DNA of 64,000 nucleotides from Escherichia coli (GTDB lineage Bacteria; Pseudomonadota; Gammaproteobacteria; Enterobacterales; Enterobacteriaceae): NCBI RefSeq assembly GCF_003334305.1, contig NZ_QOWS01000014.1; one strand, 5' to 3'. Shown piece by piece: positions 54,579 to 64,000 of this stretch (position 1 is its first letter; each line of letters starts with the position of its first letter). The notes under the pieces were generated by a model. It saw only the letters and a program-made list of their open reading frames with translations, ran no database searches and was not told where the DNA came from. The position numbers and the translations under genes were made by a program.

Positions 54579-56819
54579 ATGAACAAGAAGATTCATTCCC
54601 TGGCCTTGTTGGTCAATCTGGGGATTTATGGGGTAGCGCAGGCACAAGAGCCGACCGATACTCCTGTTTCACATGACGATACTATTGTCGTTACCGCCGC
54701 CGAGCAGAACTTGCAGGCACCTGGCGTTTCGACCATCACCGCAGATGAAATCCGCAAAAACCCAGTTGCCCGCGATGTGTCGGAGATCATCCGTACCATG
54801 CCAGGCGTTAACCTGACCGGTAACTCCACCAGTGGTCAGCGTGGTAATAACCGCCAGATTGATATTCGCGGCATGGGTCCGGAAAACACGCTGATTTTGA
54901 TTGACGGCAAGCCAGTAAGCAGCCGTAATTCGGTGCGTCAGGGCTGGCGTGGTGAGCGCGATACCCGTGGTGATACCTCCTGGGTGCCACCTGAAATGAT
55001 TGAACGTATTGAAGTTCTGCGTGGTCCGGCAGCTGCGCGTTATGGCAACGGCGCGGCGGGCGGCGTGGTTAACATCATTACCAAAAAAGGCAGTGGTGAG
55101 TGGCACGGCTCCTGGGATGCTTATTTCAATGCGCCAGAACATAAAGAGGAAGGTGCCACCAAACGTACCAACTTCAGCCTGACCGGTCCGCTGGGCGACG
55201 AATTCAGCTTCCGCTTGTATGGCAACCTCGACAAAACCCAGGCTGACGCGTGGGATATCAACCAGGGCCATCAGTCCGCGCGTGCCGGAACGTATGCCAC
55301 GACGTTACCAGCCGGGCGCGAAGGGGTGATCAACAAAGATATTAATGGCGTGGTGCGCTGGGACTTCGCGCCTCTGCAATCACTCGAACTGGAAGCGGGT
55401 TACAGCCGCCAGGGTAACCTGTATGCGGGCGATACCCAGAACACCAACTCTGACGCTTACACTCGCTCGAAATATGGCGATGAAACCAACCGCCTGTATC
55501 GCCAGAACTACTCGCTGACCTGGAACGGTGGCTGGGATAACGGCGTGACCACCAGCAACTGGGTGCAGTACGAACACACCCGTAACTCGCGTATTCCGGA
55601 AGGTCTGGCGGGCGGTACCGAAGGGAAATTTAACGAAAAAGCGACACAGGATTTCGTCGATATCGATCTTGATGACGTGATGCTGCACAGCGAAGTTAAC
55701 CTGCCGATTGATTTCCTCGTTAACCAGACGCTGACGCTGGGTACGGAGTGGAATCAGCAACGGATGAAGGACTTGAGTTCCAATACCCAGGCGCTGACCG
55801 GGGCGAACACCGGCGGCGCTATTGATGGTGTGAGTGCCACCGACCGTAGCCCGTATTCAAAAGCAGAAATTTTCTCGCTGTTTGCCGAAAACAACATGGA
55901 GCTGACTGACAGCACCATCGTAACGCCGGGGCTGCGTTTCGATCATCACAGTATTGTCGGCAATAACTGGAGCCCGGCGCTGAACATATCGCAAGGTTTA
56001 GGCGATGACTTCACGCTCAAAATGGGCATTGCCCGTGCTTATAAAGCACCGAGCCTGTACCAGACTAACCCGAACTACATTCTCTACAGTAAAGGTCAGG
56101 GTTGCTATGCCAGCGCGGGCGGCTGCTATCTGCAAGGTAACGATGACCTGAAAGCAGAAACCAGCATCAACAAAGAGATTGGTCTGGAGTTCAAACGCGA
56201 CGGCTGGCTGGCGGGCGTCACCTGGTTCCGTAACGATTATCGCAATAAGATTGAAGCGGGCTATGTGGCTGTAGGGCAAAACGCAGTCGGCACCGATCTC
56301 TATCAGTGGGATAACGTGCCGAAAGCAGTGGTTGAAGGTCTGGAAGGATCGTTAAACGTACCAGTTAGCGAAACGGTGATGTGGACCAATAACATCACTT
56401 ATATGCTGAAGAGTGAAAACAAAACCACGGGCGACCGTTTGTCGATCATCCCGGAGTACACGTTGAACTCAACGCTGAGCTGGCAGGCGCGGGAAGATTT
56501 GTCGATGCAAACGACCTTCACCTGGTACGGTAAGCAGCAGCCGAAAAAATACAACTACAAAGGTCAGCCAGCGGTTGGCCCGGAAACCAAAGAAATCAGT
56601 CCTTACAGCATTGTGGGTCTGAGCGCGACCTGGGATGTGACGAAGAATGTCAGTCTGACCGGCGGCGTGGACAACCTGTTCGACAAACGTTTGTGGCGTG
56701 CGGGTAATGCCCAGACCACGGGCGATCTGGCAGGGGCCAACTATATCGCGGGTGCCGGGGCGTATACCTATAACGAGCCGGGACGTACGTGGTACATGAG
56801 CGTAAACACTCACTTCTGA
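54579..56819 (+). CDS. fepA: TonB-dependent outer-membrane ferric enterobactin receptor FepA
   Basis: 746-aa CDS MNKKIHSLALLVNLGIYGVAQAQEP... with signal peptide, a TonB-box-like DTIVVTA and a C-terminal aromatic residue (…SVNTHF). Confidence 0.95.
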   Translation: MNKKIHSLALLVNLGIYGVAQAQEPTDTPVSHDDTIVVTAAEQNLQAPGVSTITADEIRKNPVARDVSEIIRTMPGVNLTGNSTSGQRGNNRQIDIRGMGPENTLILIDGKPVSSRNSVRQGWRGERDTRGDTSWVPPEMIERIEVLRGPAAARYGNGAAGGVVNIITKKGSGEWHGSWDAYFNAPEHKEEGATKRTNFSLTGPLGDEFSFRLYGNLDKTQADAWDINQGHQSARAGTYATTLPAGREGVINKDINGVVRWDFAPLQSLELEAGYSRQGNLYAGDTQNTNSDAYTRSKYGDETNRLYRQNYSLTWNGGWDNGVTTSNWVQYEHTRNSRIPEGLAGGTEGKFNEKATQDFVDIDLDDVMLHSEVNLPIDFLVNQTLTLGTEWNQQRMKDLSSNTQALTGANTGGAIDGVSATDRSPYSKAEIFSLFAENNMELTDSTIVTPGLRFDHHSIVGNNWSPALNISQGLGDDFTLKMGIARAYKAPSLYQTNPNYILYSKGQGCYASAGGCYLQGNDDLKAETSINKEIGLEFKRDGWLAGVTWFRNDYRNKIEAGYVAVGQNAVGTDLYQWDNVPKAVVEGLEGSLNVPVSETVMWTNNITYMLKSENKTTGDRLSIIPEYTLNSTLSWQAREDLSMQTTFTWYGKQQPKKYNYKGQPAVGPETKEISPYSIVGLSATWDVTKNVSLTGGVDNLFDKRLWRAGNAQTTGDLAGANYIAGAGAYTYNEPGRTWYMSVNTHF

Positions 56820-56858
56820 TGCTAACGTCAGATTGTTGACAAAGTGCGCGTCGTTCAT

Positions 56859-56956
56859 GCCGGATGCGGCGTGAACGCCTTATCCGGCCTACAAAAATCT
56901 TGCCAATTCAATATATTGCAGGACCATGTAGGCCTGATAAGCGTAGCGCATCAGGC
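56859..56956. repeat. BIME: two inverted REP elements downstream of fepA
   Basis: GCCGGATGCGGCGTGAACGCCTTATCCGGCCTAC (56859-56892) and GTAGGCCTGATAAGCGTAGCGCATCAGGC (56928-56956) in opposite orientations. Confidence 0.85.
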
Positions 56957-56984
56957 AGTTTAGCGTTTGTCATCAGTCTCTAAT

Positions 56985-57614
56985 ATGGTCGACATGAAAA
57001 CTACGCATACCTCCCTCCCCTTTGCCGGACATACGCTGCATTTTGTTGAGTTCGATCCGGCGAATTTTTGTGAGCAGGATTTACTCTGGCTGCCGCATTA
57101 CGCGCAACTGCAACACGCTGGACGGAAGCGCAAAGCCGAACATTTAGCCGGGCGGATCGCTGCAATTTATGCGCTGCGGGAATATGGCTATAAATGTGTG
57201 CCCGCAATCGGCGAGCTACGCCAACCGGTGTGGCCTGCGGAGGTATACGGCAGTATTAGCCACTGCGGGGCTACGGCATTGGCCGTGGTTTCCCGTCAAC
57301 CGATTGGCGTTGATATCGAAGAAATTTTTTCTGCGCAAACAGCGACCGAATTGACAGACAACATTATTACACCAGCAGAACACGAGCGACTCGCAGACTG
57401 CGGTTTAGCCTTTTCTCTGGCGCTGACACTGGCATTTTCCGCCAAAGAGAGCGCATTTAAGGCAAGTGAGATCCAAACTGATGCAGGTTTTCTGGACTAT
57501 CAGATAATTAGCTGGAATAAACAGCAGGTCATCATTCATCGTGAGAATGAGATGTTTGCTGTGCACTGGCAGATAAAAGAAAAAATAGTCATAACTCTGT
57601 GCCAACACGATTAA
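56985..57614 (+). CDS. entD: 4'-phosphopantetheinyl transferase EntD
   Basis: 209-aa CDS from ATG 56985 (MVDMKTTHTSLPFAGHTL...); alternative ATG at 56994. The ORF track starts at TTG 56967. Confidence 0.88.
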   Translation: MVDMKTTHTSLPFAGHTLHFVEFDPANFCEQDLLWLPHYAQLQHAGRKRKAEHLAGRIAAIYALREYGYKCVPAIGELRQPVWPAEVYGSISHCGATALAVVSRQPIGVDIEEIFSAQTATELTDNIITPAEHERLADCGLAFSLALTLAFSAKESAFKASEIQTDAGFLDYQIISWNKQQVIIHRENEMFAVHWQIKEKIVITLCQHD

Positions 57615-57635
57615 TTGACAACATCTGGTACGATT

Positions 57636-58103
57636 CGCCCGCAGCCATCACTGACCGCGGGCGAAAGTGTAAAGCAGGTGCCTTACCACTCTGACCTGAC
57701 AACCGGATATGCGGGGATTGCTCCCCGCACAACGGCTACTTCTTCGGTTCGTAAGCGAGAACAGCCTTAAACTCAATATTACGTTCCTTTACGGTGAACT
57801 CACACAGCGAGTCTCCGACCAGAAGCGTAAATCCCAGTACCGTCAAACACAGCACTATGACTGCCACAAGGGCATATTTCGTCAGCATGTTTATATTGCC
57901 TCCATGCGAAGAAGGGACTACCATCCGAGTTGTTGAGGCTCGGAGTGGCAGCCCCAGGATTGATAGAAATATCTCCTGGGGCTTCATCTTTCCAGACCTC
58001 AGAGTTAACCTGAAACCGGAAAGCTTCAGGCACCCGCCGTTATCTTACCCTTCCTCAACAAAATAGCTGTTTATTTATACAGTGAATCCTGTTTCGGACT
58101 TCT
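57636..58103 (-). other. hokE: hok/sok-type type I toxin-antitoxin locus, copy 1 (hok, mok region, antisense sok and fold-back elements)
   Basis: 468-bp unit with a terminal hairpin CGCCCGC-N13-GCGGGCG at 57636-57663, a Hok CDS and an upstream mok-like region; repeated 503 bp downstream. Confidence 0.8.
57736..57888 (-). CDS. hokE: Hok-family membrane toxin (50 aa), copy 1
   Basis: [50 protein letters not shown] preceded by GGAGG; in this copy an upstream ATG (57987) is in frame, giving an 83-aa ORF. Confidence 0.85.
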   Translation of the reverse strand: MLTKYALVAVIVLCLTVLGFTLLVGDSLCEFTVKERNIEFKAVLAYEPKK

Positions 58104-58238
58104 GTCGGCAAAACTCATCATTGCTCTTAAAACGAAATCGCCCGCAGCCATCACTGACCGCGGGCGAAAGTGTAAAGCAGGTGCCTTACCATCCTGACCT
58201 GACAACCGGATATGCGGGGATTGCTCCCCGCACAACGG

Positions 58239-58391
58239 CTACTTCTTCGGTTCGTAAGCGAGAACAACCTTAAACTCAATATTACGTTCCTTTACGGTGA
58301 ACTCACACAGCGAATCCCCGACCAGAAGCGTAAATCCCAGCACCGTTAAACACAGCACTATGACTGCCGCAAGGGCATATTTCGTCAGCAT
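58239..58391 (-). CDS. hokE: Hok-family membrane toxin (50 aa), copy 2
   Basis: [50 protein letters not shown]; two amino-acid differences from copy 1 (V8A, A42V). Confidence 0.85.
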   Translation of the reverse strand: MLTKYALAAVIVLCLTVLGFTLLVGDSLCEFTVKERNIEFKVVLAYEPKK

Positions 58392-58491
58392 GTTTATATT
58401 GCCTCCATGCGAAGAAGGGACTACCATCCAAATTGTTCAGGTTTGGGTAGGTAGCCCCAGGGTTGATAGAAATATCGTCCTGGGGCTTCAT
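58303..58491 (-). CDS. Mok-like overlapping reading frame (modulator of hok translation), copy 2
   Basis: 62-aa ATG-initiated frame [12 protein letters not shown]... that overlaps hok copy 2 out of frame, the canonical mok/hok arrangement. Confidence 0.5.
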   Translation of the reverse strand: MKPQDDISINPGATYPNLNNLDGSPFFAWRQYKHADEICPCGSHSAVFNGAGIYASGRGFAV

Positions 58492-58823
58492 CTTTCCAGA
58501 CCTCAGAGTAAACCTGAAACCGGAAAGCTTCAGGCACCCGCAGTTATCTTACCCTTGCTTAGCAAAATAGCTGTTTATTTATACAGTAAGTCCTGTTTCG
58601 GACTTCTCACTCCCCATTTGATCAACTGAAGCTGAACCCGTTTTTTTCTGCATGCCTCAATCGTCAAAATTCTTCGCCACCAGCCAGCCGTGCCATAACT
58701 TGTCACATTGCAAAAGTAGCCAAATTGCTTCAGTCACCATCACCAAAAAAAGAAACATTCCAGAACTTCCGCATCTCGCCCAGCCGCTCCGACTTCTATA
58801 CTGAATAGAAAACGCCAACTTAA

Positions 58824-59951
<1,128 letters not shown>

Positions 59952-60016
59952 GTAGGGAATTGCCTTACAGAAGAATATCCCTGACAATGGTGTTTTAACT
60001 TACATTTAACAATGTT

Positions 60017-60265
60017 ATGAAACACCCTTTAGAAACCTTGACTACCGCAGCAGGCATTTTGCTGATGGCTTTCCTCTCTTGCCTGCTGCTGCCCGCCCCC
60101 GCACTGGGGCTGACGCTGGCACAAAAACTGGTGACCATGTTCCATCTGATGGATCTTAGCCAGCTTTACACTTTATTGTTTTGTCTGTGGTTTTTAGTGC
60201 TGGGCGCTATTGAGTATTTTGTTCTGCGCTTTATCTGGCGACGCTGGTTCTCGCTGGCGGATTAA
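60017..60265 (+). CDS. ybdJ: Small inner-membrane protein YbdJ (DUF1158)
   Basis: 82-aa ORF with two hydrophobic helices. Confidence 0.85.
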   Translation: MKHPLETLTTAAGILLMAFLSCLLLPAPALGLTLAQKLVTMFHLMDLSQLYTLLFCLWFLVLGAIEYFVLRFIWRRWFSLAD

Positions 60266-60329
60266 ACGTCGATTATCGCCGTACTTCGCGGCATACTTTG
60301 CTTATTCTCCTTCGCCTAAAGGAACGTTT

Positions 60330-60698
60330 ATGGATAAGCAATCACTGCACGAAACGGCGAAACGCCTGGCCCTTGAGTTACACTTTGTCGAGCTTTGCTG
60401 GCCTTTTGGCCCGGAGTTCGATGTTTTTAAAATTGGCGGCAAAATTTTTATGCTGTCGTCGAAGCTGCGCGGCGTCCCCTTTATCAATCTGAAGTCCGAT
60501 CCACAAAAATCCCTGTTAAATCAGCAGATATACCCGAGCATTAAGCCAGGGTATCACATGAATAAAAAGCACTGGATTTCGGTGTATCCCGGCGAGGAAA
60601 TCTCCGAAGCGTTACTTCGCGATCTGATCAACGATTCGTGGAATCTGGTGGTTGATGGTCTGGCTAAACGCGATCAAAAAAGAGTGCGTCCAGGCTAA
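60330..60698 (+). CDS. ybdF: Uncharacterised protein YbdF (MmcQ/YjbR-like)
   Basis: 122-aa [24 protein letters not shown]...; the ORF track's longer form starts at an upstream codon that overlaps ybdJ. Confidence 0.85.
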   Translation: MDKQSLHETAKRLALELHFVELCWPFGPEFDVFKIGGKIFMLSSKLRGVPFINLKSDPQKSLLNQQIYPSIKPGYHMNKKHWISVYPGEEISEALLRDLINDSWNLVVDGLAKRDQKRVRPG

Positions 60699-60791
60699 AG
60701 CGGAAATCTATAGCGCATTTTTCTCGCTTACCATTTCTCGTTGAACCTTGTAATCTGCTGGCACGCAAAATTACTTTCACATGGAGTCTTT

Positions 60792-61445
60792 ATGGATATC
60801 ATTTCTGTCGCCTTAAAGCGTCATTCCACTAAGGCATTTGATGCCAGTAAAAAACTTACCCCGGAACAGGCCGAGCAGATCAAAACTCTCCTGCAATACA
60901 GCCCATCCAGCACCAACTCCTAGCCGTGGCATTTTATTGTTGCCAGCACGGAAGAAGGTAAAGCGCGTGTTGCCAAATCCGCTGCCGGTAATTATGTGTT
61001 CAACGAACGTAAAATACTTGATGCCTCGCACGTCGTGGTGTTCTGTGCAAAAACCGCGATGGACGATGCCTGGCTGAAGCTGGTTGTTGACCAGGAAGAT
61101 GCTGATGGCCGCTTTGCCACGCCGGAAGCGAAAGCCGCGAACGATAAAGGTCGCAAGTTCTTCGCTGATATGCACCGTAAAGATCTGCATGATGATGCAG
61201 AGTGGATGGCAAAACAGGTTTATCTCAACGTCGGTAACTTCCTGCTCGGCGTGGCGGCGCTGGGTCTGGACGCGGTACCCATCGAAGGTTTTGACGCCGC
61301 CATCCTCGATGCAGAATTTGGTCTGAAAGAGAAAGGCTACACCAGTCTGGTGGTTGTTCCGGTAGGTCATCACAGCGTTGAAGATTTTAACGCTACGCTG
61401 CCGAAATCACGTCTGCCGCAAAACATCACCTTAACCGAAGTGTAA
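60792..61445 (+). pseudogene. nfsB: Oxygen-insensitive NAD(P)H nitroreductase NfsB interrupted by an in-frame amber codon at position 44 (Gln44 to TAG)
   Basis: The frame from ATG 60792 encodes [12 protein letters not shown]…[11 protein letters not shown], then TAG at 60921-60923, then continues in the same frame ([16 protein letters not shown]… to the normal C-terminus …QNITLTEV at 61445). Total length equals the 217-codon intact gene. Confidence 0.85.
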
Positions 61446-61504
61446 TGCTCTCTTGCCGGGCATCTGCCCGGCTATTTCCCCTCAGATTCTCCTGATTTGC
61501 ATAA

Positions 61505-62800
<1,296 letters not shown>

Positions 62801-62802
62801 TT

Positions 62803-62846
62803 AAAAAAACCGCTCTCATCGAATGGATGAGAGCGGACATCGTTTT
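62803..62846. terminator. Bidirectional terminator between ybdG (+) and pheP (-)
   Basis: A-run, CCGCTCTCATC-gaatg-GATGAGAGCGG, then CGTTTTG. Confidence 0.8.
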
Positions 62847-62884
62847 GTCGGATGTAGCGTGAATGCCTTATTTCCGACGCAGCG
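62847..62884. repeat. Degenerate REP-like palindrome overlapping the pheP stop codon
   Basis: GTCGGATGTAGCGTGAATGCCTTATTTCCGAC resembles the REP sequence GCCGGATGCGGCGTGAACGCCTTATCCGGC at most positions. Confidence 0.6.
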
Positions 62885-64000
62885 TTTTAAATGCCACAAA
62901 CAGGAATACAATCCACACCGGCAGCAGGATCGCTGACAAGCGCATATCATCCATCGTGCACATCAGCAGCAAAATCATGCCGAGGAAGGCAATGCAAAGA
63001 TAGTTGCCGAACGGATAGAGCAGCGCCTTAAACTGTGTTTCACGCCCCTGACGTCGCATCGCTGCACGAAAACGCAGATGCGCCAGGCAGATCATAATCC
63101 AGTTCAACAGCAGCGTTGCTACCACCAGCGCCATCAGCAGACCAAACGCTTTTTGCGGCAGCAGATAGTTGATTAATACCACCAGCGAAGTGATCGCTCC
63201 GGAAAGCATCAGCGAATTAATCGGCACACCGCGACGGCTGACGCGAGTCAAAAACTTCGGCGCATTACCCTGCACAGAAAGGCCAAACAGCATGCGGCTG
63301 TTAGAGTAAACCCCGCTGTTATACACTGACAGCGATGCTACCAGAATGACGAAGTTCAGCGCAGAAGCTACCACGTTGCTGTCGAGATTATGGAAAATCA
63401 TCACAAACGGGCTACTGTTGGATTTCACTTCCACCCACGGATAGAGCGCCAGTAAAACCACCAGTGAGCCGATGTAAAACAGCAGGATGCGATACACCAC
63501 CTGATTTACCGCTTTTGGAATGCTTTTTTCCGGATCGCGCGCTTCAGCGGCAGTAATCCCAATCAGCTCCAGACCGCCGAAGGAGAACATAATTACCGCC
63601 AGCGACAAAATCAGCCCATTCCAGCCGGTGGCAAAGAAACCACCGTAGCGCCAGAGGTTGTCGATACTGGCTTTCTCGCCGCCGTGACCAGAAAACAGCA
63701 GCCACAGGCCAAAGCCGATCATACCGATGATCGCCAGCACTTTAATCAGCGCAAACCAGAACTCGGTTTCACCATATAAGCGCACGTTCACCAGGTTAAC
63801 GGCGTTGATGATAATAAAGAAGGCGGCAGCCCAAATCCACGTTGGAACATCCGGGAACCAGTACTGCATATAGATGCCCGCAGCGGTCAGCTCTGCCATT
63901 CCCACCAGCACGAACATTACCCAGTAGTTCCAGCCAGAGAGGAAGCCCGCAAACGGTCCCCAGTATTTATAGGCAAAGTGGGCAAATGAACCGGATACCG
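62868..64000 (-). CDS. pheP: Phenylalanine-specific permease PheP (APC family), C-terminal portion; 5' end lies outside the window
   Basis: Frame is open to the window edge; translation …SGSFAHFAYKYWGPFAGFLSGWNYWVMFVLVGMAELTAAGIYMQYWFPDV… to …FKTLRRK. Confidence 0.9.
   Translation of the reverse strand, partial: VSGSFAHFAYKYWGPFAGFLSGWNYWVMFVLVGMAELTAAGIYMQYWFPDVPTWIWAAAFFIIINAVNLVNVRLYGETEFWFALIKVLAIIGMIGFGLWLLFSGHGGEKASIDNLWRYGGFFATGWNGLILSLAVIMFSFGGLELIGITAAEARDPEKSIPKAVNQVVYRILLFYIGSLVVLLALYPWVEVKSNSSPFVMIFHNLDSNVVASALNFVILVASLSVYNSGVYSNSRMLFGLSVQGNAPKFLTRVSRRGVPINSLMLSGAITSLVVLINYLLPQKAFGLLMALVVATLLLNWIMICLAHLRFRAAMRRQGRETQFKALLYPFGNYLCIAFLGMILLLMCTMDDMRLSAILLPVWIVFLFVAFKTLRRK

Larger units (their letters stand above)
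58139..58607 (-). other. hokE: hok/sok-type type I toxin-antitoxin locus, copy 2
   Basis: 469-bp unit collinear with copy 1 (period 503-504 bp) with scattered substitutions and a 1-nt indel. Confidence 0.8.

Noticed and set aside
57636-58607. Possible CRISPR array (repeated sequence)
   Set aside because: The repeat is a two-copy, roughly 500-bp tandem duplication of a hok locus, not short direct repeats with unique spacers; no cas genes are present in the window.

Overview
This window reads as an Escherichia coli chromosomal segment, collinear with the K-12 map from mrdA to pheP but in reverse orientation, and is gene-dense with 60 recognisable protein-coding genes. All gene identities come from reading the supplied ORF translations and my recollection of the E. 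coli proteins; no database search was run. Content, in order: the cell-wall genes mrdA (3' part), mrdB/rodA, rlpA and dacA; ybeD, lipB, ybeF and lipA; tatE, ybeM, crcB, cspE and pagP; dcuC; the dpiBA (citAB) two-component system divergent from the citrate lyase operon citCDEFXG-citT; rna, rnk, ybdR and uspG; ahpCF divergent from dsbG; the AT-rich ybdO-ybdN-ybdM island; ybdL, ybdH and cstA-ybdD; the complete enterobactin cluster (entH-A-B-E-C, fepB, entS, fepDGC, fepE, entF-ybdZ-fes, fepA-entD) with Fur-box-like sites in its three divergent promoter regions; two tandem hok/sok-type type I toxin-antitoxin loci; ybdK, ybdJ, ybdF, nfsB, ybdG and the 3' part of pheP. I found no rRNA, tRNA, CRISPR array, insertion sequence or prophage. 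The most interesting points are: (1) the ybdO-ybdN-ybdM module, pairing a PP-loop PAPS-reductase-like enzyme with a ParB/sulfiredoxin-fold protein under a LysR regulator, which is functionally uncharacterised and resembles DNA-modification or defence modules; (2) a tandem duplication of the hokE locus where I recall K-12 carrying IS186, with a 1-nt indel that fuses mok in frame to hok in one copy; (3) an in-frame amber codon at Gln44 of nfsB; (4) an apparently intact ybeM.
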